A stretch of DNA of 64,000 nt from an uncultured bacterium (GCA_964344305.1 CAYFMT010000016.1:622-64621), one strand, 5' to 3'; shown: positions 27,668 to 37,642, numbered from the stretch's first letter. Notes: generated by a model from the letters alone, not told the origin. Program-made: numbers and translations.

Positions 27668-28783
27668 CTATTTTTTTGATTTATATGGTAATCGTTTCCC
27701 TGTCACCACATCTTTCGTAATGGTGATTTTTTTTACATGGTCCATGTCTGGAATGGCAAATTGAATGTCCAGCATGATTTTTTCCATAATGGATCGCAAG
27801 GATCGTGCACCGGAGTGTCGTTGCATGGTTTGATGGATGATCTCATGGAGTCCATCTTCACGAAAATGTAAATCCACACCATCCATTTCAAACAGTTTCT
27901 TGTACTGCTTCGTGAGGGCATTTTTTGGTTCGGTCAATATGTTAAAATAAGTATCAAAATCGAGGTGATCCAACGTGGTCACAACAGGTAACCGTCCAAC
28001 CAGTTCAGGAATCAAACCGTATTGAACCATATCATCGGGCTCAACATACTGGAGTATCTTATCCTGATCGGTATCACTGGTGATGCTTTTCTGTCCAAAT
28101 CCCATGGGTTTGGTGTTTCGACGTTTTTGAATGATTTCAGCAATACCATCAAAAAGTCCACCACAAATAAACAGAATATTTTTGGTATTTATTGGTATGA
28201 GAGGTTGTTCCGGGTGTTTTCTACCGCCCTGGGGTGGAATATTGGCAATGGTCCCTTCCAGAATCTTAAGGAGGGCCTGCTGGACACCTTCACCTGATAC
28301 ATCTCGGGTAATGGAGGCACTTTCACCTTTTCGCCCTATTTTATCAATCTCATCAATATAAATAATCCCATGTTGAGCTGCTGTAACATTGTAATCCGAA
28401 ACCTGCAGAAGCCGAACCAGTACATTTTCCACATCGTCTCCCACATACCCGGCTTCTGTCAGAGTTGTGGCATCTGCAATGGCAAACGGCACGGACAAAA
28501 ACCGTGCAAGGGTCTGTGCAATAAGTGTTTTTCCTGTTCCCGTTGGACCAATCATAAGAATATTGCTTTTTTCAAGCTCTACATCATCATGATCAGATAT
28601 TGAGTGGTGGTGAAACGTCCGCTTGAAATGGTTGTACACCGCTACGGATATGGTACGCTTGGCACGATCCTGACCGATAATGTACTGGTCCAGGAAGGTT
28701 TTTATCTCCGATGGTTTATGTAGATCGAATTCCGTTGGAAAACCCGATTGAGGTTGAGGTGATAGTCTCGGTAACTCAGCCAT
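27668..28783 (-). CDS. clpX: ClpX AAA+ unfoldase lacking the N-terminal zinc-binding domain
   Basis: Motifs are [21 protein letters not shown], Walker A GPTGTGKT, the pore loop AGYVGDDVE, and [10 protein letters not shown]. There is no C4 zinc-finger sequence upstream. The ATG at 28783 overlaps the clpP stop by 8 nt. Confidence 0.9.
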   Translation of the reverse strand: MAELPRLSPQPQSGFPTEFDLHKPSEIKTFLDQYIIGQDRAKRTISVAVYNHFKRTFHHHSISDHDDVELEKSNILMIGPTGTGKTLIAQTLARFLSVPFAIADATTLTEAGYVGDDVENVLVRLLQVSDYNVTAAQHGIIYIDEIDKIGRKGESASITRDVSGEGVQQALLKILEGTIANIPPQGGRKHPEQPLIPINTKNILFICGGLFDGIAEIIQKRRNTKPMGFGQKSITSDTDQDKILQYVEPDDMVQYGLIPELVGRLPVVTTLDHLDFDTYFNILTEPKNALTKQYKKLFEMDGVDLHFREDGLHEIIHQTMQRHSGARSLRSIMEKIMLDIQFAIPDMDHVKKITITKDVVTGKRLPYKSKK

Positions 28784-29381
28784 GTCGCTTGGTGAGGATA
28801 TTGTCGATGAGGCCATAGTCCAGTGCCTCATCAGAGCTCATGAAATAATTTCTATCCGTATCCCGTTCGATGCGTTTCACAGTCTGTCCGGTACTTTTTG
28901 CCAGTATTTTATTCAGCTTGACACGAAGTTTTAAAATTTCATCTGCCTGTATCTTGATATCACTTGCCTGTCCTTCTGCACCTCCCAGCGGCTGGTGAAT
29001 CATCATTCTGGAGTTCGGTAAAGCAGATCGCTTTCCTTTCGTCCCTCCAGCCAGCAGAAGGGCAGCCATGCTGGATGCCTGTCCAATGCAGATGGTTGAC
29101 ACATCTGGTCGAATATAATTCATGGTGTCAAATATGGCCATCCCTGCTGTGACATATCCCCCGGGGGAATTGATGTAGAGGTGAATATCCCGTTCAGCGT
29201 TGTCTGATTCAAGAAACAGCATTTGGGCTACGACAAGAGACGCCACATTGTCATCGATGGGGGTGCCGAGAAAAATAATCCTTTCACGAAGCAGTCTTGA
29301 ATAAATATCAAATGCCCGCTCTGAGCGACCACTCTGTTCAACGACCATGGGGATGAGCTGAGAAATTTCACGATCCGTCAT
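28776..29381 (-). CDS. clpP: ATP-dependent Clp protease proteolytic subunit
   Basis: Motifs are [35 protein letters not shown] (catalytic Ser) and MIHQPLGG (His). The start at 29381 lies just after the tig stop. Confidence 0.92.
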   Translation of the reverse strand: MTDREISQLIPMVVEQSGRSERAFDIYSRLLRERIIFLGTPIDDNVASLVVAQMLFLESDNAERDIHLYINSPGGYVTAGMAIFDTMNYIRPDVSTICIGQASSMAALLLAGGTKGKRSALPNSRMMIHQPLGGAEGQASDIKIQADEILKLRVKLNKILAKSTGQTVKRIERDTDRNYFMSSDEALDYGLIDNILTKRHG

Positions 29382-29382
29382 A

Positions 29383-30672
29383 TTAGACTCCTTGCATATC
29401 CTGTTCACGGAGATCTTTTGTATTGACCTTCACCGTTTTTATTTTTGCATACTCTTTCAGGTAATTTAGAATTTTCTTTTCTACAAGATCATCTTCAATT
29501 TTATCCCGATTGCTCGGTTTCTTGTAATACTGTTCAATATCTTTTGCATATTGTGGGGAACGTTCTATAAGACGGTTTACCTCATCTTGAATCTCGTCTT
29601 TTGATACTGAAATGGACTGATCCCGGATGATCGCTTTTCTCAGAAGATACCATTTCATGTTACGCTCTGCCACAGGCTGATAAGTTTCCCTTACCTTCTC
29701 ATCATCCAGTTCAGAGCCAGGATTGGATTTTTTTACGTCCTCCATGAGGTGCAGGAGATAGGATTCTACCATGGAAGGTGGGTACTCGATATTTGCCAGT
29801 TCAATGAGAGCATCGGACAGTTGCCTGTCAAATGATTCTTCAGATCGTCTATCGTATTCCAACTCAATAGATTCACGGATTTTATCACGCCATGCATCGA
29901 CGGTATCCAGGGCTGGATCCACCATTTTTACGAAGTCTTCATTGACCTCAGGCAATTCATGGTCTTCTACCCTCGTGACCGTTAGTTCATATTTCAGTGT
30001 CCCTTCGTCCCCGGCTGGAACATCTATCTGAGCCTTATCCTCCGCCTTCAATCCTGTTAGCTTTGCAGCCAGGTCACCGGTGAATGCTCCTTCACCAATT
30101 TTAATGTATCGTCCCTCCATTTTCTTACCAATAAGGGGCGTACCTGATTCGTCAAGTTCCTGGAGATCACACACAATGAAATGTCCCTCTTTTGCACCAT
30201 CTTCAATGGTGTGGATATTCATGTATCGCGCGCGGATATCATCTATGGTGATTTCCATATCCTTCTCATCTGAAATGTAGGTCGTTTTCTGGACCTTCAG
30301 GCTGTTCTTCTTCAGGGTTGGAAGGGAAATCTCCGGTTCAATTTCAAATGAAACCTTGAAGGTAAAATCGTTCTCATAATGAAAATCCAGATCAGAGACT
30401 TCGCCCTGGTTGACAGGTACCAGTTCCTTTTCCTGTAGAGCCATGCTGTAAAATTTGTTGAATGAATCCTCGATGTATTCCATTTCAATATTGGGGAGGT
30501 AGTTTTGCAGTAAAACCCTGCGAGGGACTTTCCCCGGTCTGAAACCAGGTAATTTTACCCGTTTTGCGAATTTTTTCATGGATGCTTCGAAATCTTCTTC
30601 TATGTCTCCCCATGGGACTGTGATGTCAAGTTGACGTGTATAACTGTTTACTTCTTGTACCTGAATATCCAC
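29383..30672 (-). CDS. tig: trigger factor
   Basis: 429 aa. The N-terminus has [15 protein letters not shown] (the ribosome-binding GFRxGxxP motif). It occupies the usual tig-clpP-clpX position. Confidence 0.9.
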   Translation of the reverse strand: MDIQVQEVNSYTRQLDITVPWGDIEEDFEASMKKFAKRVKLPGFRPGKVPRRVLLQNYLPNIEMEYIEDSFNKFYSMALQEKELVPVNQGEVSDLDFHYENDFTFKVSFEIEPEISLPTLKKNSLKVQKTTYISDEKDMEITIDDIRARYMNIHTIEDGAKEGHFIVCDLQELDESGTPLIGKKMEGRYIKIGEGAFTGDLAAKLTGLKAEDKAQIDVPAGDEGTLKYELTVTRVEDHELPEVNEDFVKMVDPALDTVDAWRDKIRESIELEYDRRSEESFDRQLSDALIELANIEYPPSMVESYLLHLMEDVKKSNPGSELDDEKVRETYQPVAERNMKWYLLRKAIIRDQSISVSKDEIQDEVNRLIERSPQYAKDIEQYYKKPSNRDKIEDDLVEKKILNYLKEYAKIKTVKVNTKDLREQDMQGV

Positions 30673-30805
30673 AATACTTCCTGATCTAGTTAAAAATTGG
30701 TGTGGAATTTACTATAGGTCGTCTTTGTTGGAAGACATGTCATGGCTATATAAAGAATATTAATAACATACGACTTTTGGGCTTCCATATAAATTATTGG
30801 ACACA

Positions 30806-30838
30806 GGGCGATTCCCATCTAAATTCGCCCCGGTTTTT
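30806..30838 (+). promoter_or_regulatory. terminator-like hairpin in the 5' leader of the RRM-protein gene (possible attenuator)
   Basis: GGGCGA-13 nt-TCGCCC is followed by CGGTTTTT, 50 nt before the ATG. The loop segment CCATCT (30815-30820) can alternatively pair with AGATGG (30847-30852). Confidence 0.25.
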
Positions 30839-30887
30839 CATCGTTGAGATGGAAAACAGTTACTGACAATTAATTAGAGAGACCATT

Positions 30888-31157
30888 ATGAACTTGTATG
30901 TAGGAAACTTATCCTATGATCTATCAGAAGACGATTTAAGAAATGCCTTTGCAGAGCATGGTGAAGTATCAAGCGCAAAAATTATTTCCGATCGTATGAC
31001 AGGCCGTTCCAAAGGATTCGGATTTGTTGAAATGCCTAACGATGATGAAGGTCGTTCCGCTTTGGAAGCGCTGAACGATCAGGAATTGATGGGCAGAAAC
31101 CTAAGAGTAAGCGAAGCAAGACCTCGACAGGAGAGGCCTCAACGACGTTCGTTCTAA
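30888..31157 (+). CDS. RRM-type (RNP-1/RNP-2) RNA-binding protein
   Basis: 89 aa with RNP-2 LYVGNL and RNP-1 KGFGFVEM. Confidence 0.9.
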   Translation: MNLYVGNLSYDLSEDDLRNAFAEHGEVSSAKIISDRMTGRSKGFGFVEMPNDDEGRSALEALNDQELMGRNLRVSEARPRQERPQRRSF

Positions 31158-31161
31158 TCTT

Positions 31162-31192
31162 AAACGGCCTGTGAAAACAGGCCGTTTTTTTT
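31162..31192 (+). terminator. rho-independent terminator
   Basis: AAACGGCCTG-tgaaaa-CAGGCCGTTT forms a 10-bp stem and is followed by T8. The T-run overlaps the stop of the convergent gene at 31191. Confidence 0.85.
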
Positions 31193-31802
31193 ATCTAATC
31201 TGTAACACTCCCGTATACATAAACCACATTCCCCCCAATTGTATGATATGGTATAAATCATTGTGATTAAAATATCTGTGGGTTGGCCAACCTGATAACT
31301 GGACCACACCGGCCAACAGACTTACAAGGATTCCCACAGCAATGGTCCCTGCACCTGGAACATCATTATTCCATGCTAAAGTCGTGAGAACCAGGATGAG
31401 CAACAGGGCAGGGAAATAATACATCATCACTACCCGGAATGTCATCATCTTGAAGGCAACTCTAATATAATACAAAAAGGACAATATAATTAGCGAGGAG
31501 AACACCATTGGATTACTTCCCTGCCAGGTCACCACTCCCAAAAGCAACGTAGCTGTGGTCATTCCAATTCCCACATAGGTTATTCGATTGAGATCGTCAG
31601 AAATTTTTTGTGAATAGTGTGGTCCCCAGCCATGACGAATGGATCCCGACACAGCTGAAATAGCTATGCTGATAAACGACATCCCCCAGAAACTCTGGAT
31701 TGTCCATAATGGGTTTGATAACAGTTGAATACCAATGTAACACCCCAATAGTGCAATGAAACCATCCGTGATGACCGTCGTCGGTTCATGCACCTTTTTC
31801 AT
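31191..31802 (-). CDS. multi-pass (about 7 TM) membrane protein of unknown function
   Basis: 203 aa, hydrophobic throughout, with a C-terminal HRYFNHNDLYH histidine motif. It lies 3 nt downstream of the deiminase gene. Confidence 0.6.
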   Translation of the reverse strand: MKKVHEPTTVITDGFIALLGCYIGIQLLSNPLWTIQSFWGMSFISIAISAVSGSIRHGWGPHYSQKISDDLNRITYVGIGMTTATLLLGVVTWQGSNPMVFSSLIILSFLYYIRVAFKMMTFRVVMMYYFPALLLILVLTTLAWNNDVPGAGTIAVGILVSLLAGVVQLSGWPTHRYFNHNDLYHIIQLGGMWFMYTGVLQIR

Positions 31803-31805
31803 TCG

Positions 31806-33116
31806 CTACCATTCCAGGATTTGATTCAGCAGCACAACAATATCAATGGCTGTGACCTGCCCATCCCCATTCACATCGGCCATTTCTTCGGAGCATCTTC
31901 CCGGGGAATTGACATCCATAATCACGTCTGCGATGACCAGCAGATCAAACAGGTTTATTTGACCATCTCCATTTGTATCACCTGTTGCCCATTCCTCACA
32001 GGGATTCACGATCTCGATCATGGAAGGAACCTTCATGGTAATACAATGGATGGCACCATTGGCTGTTATGATTTGATTGCAATCATATCCAATAATCTCG
32101 TATCCAGGCAGGATCGATTCATATTGCGCCAATACATCGGCATCCGTGGCGAAACCATATACAGGCACATAAACTTTTTTGTTGACGAATAGGGAATTGA
32201 TATATGTATAGGTTATACCGCTGTCATACGGTGGCATCAGCATTCGGATGACATTGAAGGGACGACCCTCTCCATTGGTCTCATTTTCCAGTTGGTTCGC
32301 TACCTGATTGCAAATGTTAAAATTGTCACCGGATGCATCACCTGGTGATTCATATTCTCCAACAATGATTGTGGTGTCGTTCACCACTTTCACGAACATA
32401 TCAATATGCCCTGTGCCATCATTGTCCAGATGATCCGTAATGATCACTTTATGGACCCCAAAATAATCAGAGAAATAATCCTCTATCATTTCCACGGTGA
32501 GGTTTCCATCGGGATTGAATCCCTGGGATGGATCAAAAATCACATCGGATATAAGTACGGCACCCTTACCATCCAGGAGCATGTTACCACCAGCCTCTAC
32601 AAGTCCCAACCCGTAATAATCCATGTTCCACAAATTGGCCAGGTCTTCTGGAAATGCATCATCCAGAGGACGCGGCCGATTGTATTCCAGATCGATGACA
32701 GCACGTGATCCATCAGGCTGGTAGATCCACCAGGGTCCATAATCCCTCATCCATACTGAATTAAGTACATCATGGATGAATTCCACACGATCCATATTCA
32801 CGCCAAAAGCATTCAATTCATTTGAGACAGCATTCTGTTGTGATTGTCCATCTACTACCACCCAGGCTGTATCGGTTTCAGCCGTCTCCTTGATCATTTG
32901 TTTCACAAGGGTTGTATAACTCTCCCATGCAAAAATGATCCCTGCAACGGAGTCAAATTCTGCAGGGGCAAATACAATGGAGTCCGGTGGATCTGTGATG
33001 GTTCTATCGGACCCAATTTGGTCCAGAAGTGTTTTTTCCACTTCAGTCAATCCATGGGGTAAATTGGATTGGGCAAAGAGTGGAATGAGAAACAGTAGTG
33101 GAAGGATTCTTTTCAT
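31806..33116 (-). CDS. secreted agmatine deiminase / Porphyromonas-type peptidylarginine deiminase family enzyme with a C-terminal dockerin-like module
   Basis: Signal peptide MKRILPLLFLIPLFAQ sets the start at 33116. Family motifs are VWMRDYGPW, EAGGNMLLDG, DGTGHIDMF and ANGAIHCITM (catalytic Cys). The C-terminus has two EF-hand-like dockerin repeats, GDTNGDGQINLFDLLVIADVI and DVNGDGQVTAIDIVVLLNQIL. Confidence 0.85.
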   Translation of the reverse strand: MKRILPLLFLIPLFAQSNLPHGLTEVEKTLLDQIGSDRTITDPPDSIVFAPAEFDSVAGIIFAWESYTTLVKQMIKETAETDTAWVVVDGQSQQNAVSNELNAFGVNMDRVEFIHDVLNSVWMRDYGPWWIYQPDGSRAVIDLEYNRPRPLDDAFPEDLANLWNMDYYGLGLVEAGGNMLLDGKGAVLISDVIFDPSQGFNPDGNLTVEMIEDYFSDYFGVHKVIITDHLDNDGTGHIDMFVKVVNDTTIIVGEYESPGDASGDNFNICNQVANQLENETNGEGRPFNVIRMLMPPYDSGITYTYINSLFVNKKVYVPVYGFATDADVLAQYESILPGYEIIGYDCNQIITANGAIHCITMKVPSMIEIVNPCEEWATGDTNGDGQINLFDLLVIADVIMDVNSPGRCSEEMADVNGDGQVTAIDIVVLLNQILEW

Positions 33117-33192
33117 TTCACCGATTAAGATTTTTATAGGGAAAACTAAAAATATCTTCCTCAAATGCCTATAGAAATCAGGTGCCAGTCTG

Positions 33193-34128
33193 TTAGATGC
33201 CGTGTAGAACTGTCTCTTTTATACCGTCAGAATACGATGTTGGGTTTACCTTAAATCGTTTTTCAAATTTATGACTTTTGAAAACATAATCTGTGCTGTA
33301 TTGATATGACATTTCTGCAAGTTCCTTCAGGATGGGTACAAACAATCCCAGGGATTTCAGCATAAAATGACTAATGACCTGTGGTTTTAGTTCCACATCC
33401 AGTTCTTTTGCAATCATATCGATCCATCCTTGTCCTGTAGGTGGATTGTCTGCCGTTGGTAAATGCCATACCTGGTTGAATGCATCATCCGTGGTACCGA
33501 GCAATGCAGTTGCCTTTCCCGCATCCGGTACGTAGGTCATGGAATGCTTATAGTCCAGGGATCGCATCCACTGGGGACGTTTTCCTTCCACCAGTTTGCT
33601 GATGACCATTTCCGTCAGGGCACTTGTGTGTTGAATGGCTGGACCATAGTAATCTGCACAACGTGCAATTAGTGCCTGAATATGACCGGACTCCACCTCA
33701 TCCATTAGCATATTAGCAATGGTGGTCCGTACCTGACCCTTTTTGTTGCAGGGATTGATGGGAGTGGATTCATCCATATCACCTAACCTCGTTGGGTCGT
33801 ACATGTAGATATTATCAAAAAAGACAAGTCTAGAACTCGACTCTCTGCAGGCTGCGATTGTATTTTTCATGAACATGGGCCAGTGTGATTCCCATGCCTT
33901 TGTGGAATAAGGAAACCCTACGGTGATGTATACCACTGATGACCCCTGTATGGCATTGAAAAGTGCATCCTTATCCATAACATCAGCAGATATCAATTCA
34001 TCCGTAGGATTCACTTTTTTAGGGTTCCGGCTTACCAGCCTGATTTTCTCTGTATACTGTGGCAATGCTTTTGCCAGTTCTTTGCCAATGGCACCACCGG
34101 CTCCTAATATTGTTTGGGTCATAGTCAT
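33193..34128 (-). CDS. NAD(P)-binding SDR / epimerase-dehydratase-family protein
   Basis: The Rossmann motif ILGAGGAIGKELAKAL follows the start MTMTQT at 34128. Confidence 0.75.
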   Translation of the reverse strand: MTMTQTILGAGGAIGKELAKALPQYTEKIRLVSRNPKKVNPTDELISADVMDKDALFNAIQGSSVVYITVGFPYSTKAWESHWPMFMKNTIAACRESSSRLVFFDNIYMYDPTRLGDMDESTPINPCNKKGQVRTTIANMLMDEVESGHIQALIARCADYYGPAIQHTSALTEMVISKLVEGKRPQWMRSLDYKHSMTYVPDAGKATALLGTTDDAFNQVWHLPTADNPPTGQGWIDMIAKELDVELKPQVISHFMLKSLGLFVPILKELAEMSYQYSTDYVFKSHKFEKRFKVNPTSYSDGIKETVLHGI

Positions 34129-34147
34129 TCCTCCAGGGTAAATCAGG

Positions 34148-36676
34148 TTAAAATTCCAATGTGAAACCACCAACAGGAAATACCTCAAATTGCAGGATAT
34201 CTGACACGGTTCCATCTGCGTTATATTGTCGATCCCAGATGTTTTCTCGATTAAACATGTTCTGGATATCGAAATAGGATATAATATTGATGTTTTTGTA
34301 ACTGGAATGCCAAAGAATCATAAGATCGAAACGATGATAAGATTTCAACCGTTCCGTATTATAGTCCGCTGAAAAGTCATCATACCATCTTTGCTGGGTG
34401 TGATCATAATGCAATGGTGTGTATGGTTTTCCACCAATGTATCGGTATTTCATGGATATCTCAAGTTCATCGGATCCTAAACCCAGTATAGTACCCAGCA
34501 TCCTTACAAACCCATTTCTCTCTGACAATGGTACAATATTGGTGCCTTTCAATGGAATCCGGTATCCGCCTACCAGTGAGAATACGTGCTGGTAATCGTA
34601 GGTCTGGGGATAGTACTTTTCTTCAACTGACCGTGGATCCTGCGCAAAAGCCCTGTACCACGAGTAAGACACAGTCCCGAAAAGATCCTTTGCCATTTTC
34701 TTTTGAAGGAAAACCTCTAAACCATAGGATTTCGCATGCCCTTCATTCACAAGACGATAGCTCTCATCGGTCGAGTCAGGGGTTGTATCATGCCAGCGAA
34801 CCGGCACATCGGAATACTCTTTCCAATAGGCTTCGATAGTCCCCCGTGTATCCAGCGAGAAGAAATGCTCCAGACTCATCACATACTGGTCATTGTATTT
34901 GCTTCTCAGGGATTTGTTTACGTCATCCATGGCAAGGAGGGTCAGGTGAGGTTCCTGAAAATGCCTTCCATAGGCCAAATTAATACTGGATGCCGGTGAG
35001 AGCATGTAGTTCAATCCCAGACGAGGGGACAACCACGTAAAGTCCGTGTATTCAAGGTATCCGGCACGTAAACCTAGAATGGCATTCAACCGTGTCGATA
35101 TGCCAACCTTCACCTGTCCGTAACCTCCCAGTCTGGGTGTGGAAATAGACTTATTATTTGTATACGCATCGTTCCTTGGTACAAACATATTGGATTTCCT
35201 GAAACGCACCTTTTCCCAACTTCCATTTGAGAACTCTGCAACATAGGTCCAGGTACCGTTCACTTCATAAATAGAATCAGGATCCGCATTGGAGATCACG
35301 GGGTAGACATTTGTCTCCCATGTTGAACGATCAATCACCGAAAAGGAATCTCCTACAGCTGCATAGTTGTATTCCCAGAACCAAATGGTGTCTGCCTCAA
35401 CATAGGAATCCACTTCTGAGCCAAGCTGTTTCCAGTCTACCCCACCGCTAATCTCCAGACCTGGATTTAGTTTCCACAAAAAGTCGACTTTTGCCTGAGT
35501 ATCCTTCTCAATAAAAATCTGATCTGCATAATAGACTTTATCCCGTTCCCCATTCAGTCGATAGACATCGTAATCAAAATAGGCACGGGTACCCCCTATC
35601 ATGACATTCATTAATCCTGAACTACCCAGCAGTTTTTTATAATTGAAACCATACGCATATTGATTTCCTTTTACATCCACATTTTCGGCTCCCCGGCTCC
35701 ACGCCTCATTTTCTCCTTCCAGATTAATAGCATCATTCCCATACACCATATTTATGGTTAGTTTATCTGTAGGAGTCAGGTCATACGTCAGTTTAGATTG
35801 AGAACTCCAATAACGTGGGACGGCAGTAAGTCCTGTGCTGGCAATTATGAGGTCCAGATAGCTTTTTTTAAATGAATTCATATAGGAACCTCTTCCATCT
35901 CCAATGGGTCCCTCCACATTAAGACCGATTCCTGCCATGCTCATGTCAATATCCTGTGAGTGCATGGTTCGGTTTCCTTCTCGGAGGGAAATATCCATGA
36001 CACTGGATGCTTTATTACCATATTTTGCAGGGAACGCGCCTGCGAGGAAGTCAACTCGATCTATGAAAAGTGTATTGATCATGTTGATGGGTCCCCCACC
36101 GGTCCCAAGTTCTCCAAAATGGTTTGGGTTGGATATTTCAATATTGTCCATAATGAAGAGGTTTTCACCTGGTGAACCACCACGAACCACAATTTCATTC
36201 TGCTGATCAGAACCGGATACAACTGCAGGAAGAGCCTGCATCATTCGCTGAATATCCACGGCTCCAGCAGGATCTCTACGAATTTCATTTAAATCCACGG
36301 TTCTACTCGATACGAGGGCATCTTTTTCCTTTTCAAAATATTCTCGAGTAACTGTCACTCCTTCCATCTCAATGACAGATTGCTCGAGTTCAGCCTGGAT
36401 AATTGCCGGTCTGTTTTCTACCACGCGAACATTTAGTTTGGTAATCGGTTTGTATCCAATGGCACTAAACCGCACATGGTAAAAACCTACTGGAATTCCC
36501 GGGATGTGGAAATTCCCATCCATGTCAGAAGCGGCTCCCAGGGCTGTGCCATCCAGGATCACATTGACCCCTGGCAAGGGTTGATGTGTGGCATTGTCCG
36601 TTATGGTACCCAGGATCATACCTGACTGTCCAAATACTATAGATGCAAAAAGCATCATGGTCGACAAATATTTCAT
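34148..36676 (-). CDS. TonB-dependent receptor (CarboxypepD_reg-like domain + plug + barrel)
   Basis: The signal peptide is followed by GMILGTITDNATHQPLPGVNVIL...GFYHVRFSAIGY and a plug region (IVVRGGSPGENLFIMDNIEI). The terminus ...PVGGFTLEF ends in an aromatic residue. Confidence 0.88.
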   Translation of the reverse strand: MKYLSTMMLFASIVFGQSGMILGTITDNATHQPLPGVNVILDGTALGAASDMDGNFHIPGIPVGFYHVRFSAIGYKPITKLNVRVVENRPAIIQAELEQSVIEMEGVTVTREYFEKEKDALVSSRTVDLNEIRRDPAGAVDIQRMMQALPAVVSGSDQQNEIVVRGGSPGENLFIMDNIEISNPNHFGELGTGGGPINMINTLFIDRVDFLAGAFPAKYGNKASSVMDISLREGNRTMHSQDIDMSMAGIGLNVEGPIGDGRGSYMNSFKKSYLDLIIASTGLTAVPRYWSSQSKLTYDLTPTDKLTINMVYGNDAINLEGENEAWSRGAENVDVKGNQYAYGFNYKKLLGSSGLMNVMIGGTRAYFDYDVYRLNGERDKVYYADQIFIEKDTQAKVDFLWKLNPGLEISGGVDWKQLGSEVDSYVEADTIWFWEYNYAAVGDSFSVIDRSTWETNVYPVISNADPDSIYEVNGTWTYVAEFSNGSWEKVRFRKSNMFVPRNDAYTNNKSISTPRLGGYGQVKVGISTRLNAILGLRAGYLEYTDFTWLSPRLGLNYMLSPASSINLAYGRHFQEPHLTLLAMDDVNKSLRSKYNDQYVMSLEHFFSLDTRGTIEAYWKEYSDVPVRWHDTTPDSTDESYRLVNEGHAKSYGLEVFLQKKMAKDLFGTVSYSWYRAFAQDPRSVEEKYYPQTYDYQHVFSLVGGYRIPLKGTNIVPLSERNGFVRMLGTILGLGSDELEISMKYRYIGGKPYTPLHYDHTQQRWYDDFSADYNTERLKSYHRFDLMILWHSSYKNINIISYFDIQNMFNRENIWDRQYNADGTVSDILQFEVFPVGGFTLEF

Positions 36677-36677
36677 G

Positions 36678-36980
36678 TCATTCTCCAATCTTTAATAATG
36701 ATTCTATATGAGCCACATATTGCTGGAAAGCCTTTCTTCCCTTTGATGTAATGGTGTACCTGGAAATGGGCTTTCGATCACAAAATTCTTTGGTTACCTC
36801 TATAAAAGATGCTTCCTCCAGTTTGCGTAACTGTACACTGAGGTTGCCATCTGTGGCGCCAGTTTTTTCTCGTATAAAAACAAAAGGGGCATCTTCTATG
36901 GTGGACAATAATGCCAGGACGGATAAACGAATACGAGAATGAATTAGATCATCAATTTGTTGATAATCAAAATCAGCCAT
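36678..36980 (-). CDS. winged-helix transcriptional regulator (HTH_34-like)
   Basis: 100 aa with IHSRIRLSVLALLS...REKTGATDGNLSVQLRKLEEASFIEV...RYTITSKGRKAF. Confidence 0.7.
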   Translation of the reverse strand: MADFDYQQIDDLIHSRIRLSVLALLSTIEDAPFVFIREKTGATDGNLSVQLRKLEEASFIEVTKEFCDRKPISRYTITSKGRKAFQQYVAHIESLLKIGE

Positions 36981-37560
36981 TCTTCGGACCTTTCACATAG
37001 AGGATGATGCCTGGTATAAGTTGTAACAGGGTCATGAGAACTACCCATAATAGTAGATTATTGCTGCCATCAACGTAAAAGAGAAGAATGGCACCCAGCC
37101 ACCAACCGTATCCAAGATTTTTAACCCATTTAATTTTTATGGTCTCGCCTGTAACAAAATACCCGATGGCCAGAAGTCCCGCAATGAATCCCGAACCACT
37201 CTCGTGTTGAACGATCCCGGACCATGCGCCAAATACTCCAAAAATAATCATGGTAAGTAAAATGGACATCCACAATGTGCTTCCAATTCTTCCAATAGCT
37301 GATCCGGCGGGATTTTTCTTTATATACTGTTTTCCGTGGATATACTCGAACATAAATCCTGTACCGAATGCTCCAATCCAGTACCAGTACTCAGGTATCA
37401 AGTAAACCAGCTCCATACTAGTATAAGTGAGAATAAATGCTGATATAATAAGAATACCCCATACAATGAAATTCATTCCATGGTTATAGAAGTTCTGACG
37501 TGACTCTTCCATGATTCGCTTTATGACAGATAAATCTTCGCGCAGCTGTTTTTGGTCCAT
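36973..37560 (-). CDS. membrane protein of unknown function (4-5 TM) overlapping the regulator gene
   Basis: The start MDQKQLREDLSVIKRIMEESRQ is at 37560. Its stop overlaps the downstream regulator start by 8 nt. Confidence 0.6.
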   Translation of the reverse strand: MDQKQLREDLSVIKRIMEESRQNFYNHGMNFIVWGILIISAFILTYTSMELVYLIPEYWYWIGAFGTGFMFEYIHGKQYIKKNPAGSAIGRIGSTLWMSILLTMIIFGVFGAWSGIVQHESGSGFIAGLLAIGYFVTGETIKIKWVKNLGYGWWLGAILLFYVDGSNNLLLWVVLMTLLQLIPGIILYVKGPKNG

Positions 37561-37610
37561 TTTTCTCTCAATTTGAATACTTTTATTTATAAAGTACTTT
37601 ATATACAATG

Positions 37611-37642
37611 CAATAAAAATCCTGATACGAAGATCAGGATTT
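37611..37642 (-). terminator. rho-independent terminator after 37664-38095
   Basis: A 10-bp stem (37617-37626 / 37633-37642, AAATCCTGAT / ATCAGGATTT) with a 6-nt loop. On the minus strand it is followed by TTTTTATTG. Confidence 0.6.

Noticed and set aside
28784-28831. A possible longer ClpX start that might restore an N-terminal domain.
   Set aside because: The extension adds only 16 residues ([16 protein letters not shown]) without Cys or His ligands, and it overlaps clpP coding sequence. It cannot encode the zinc-binding domain.
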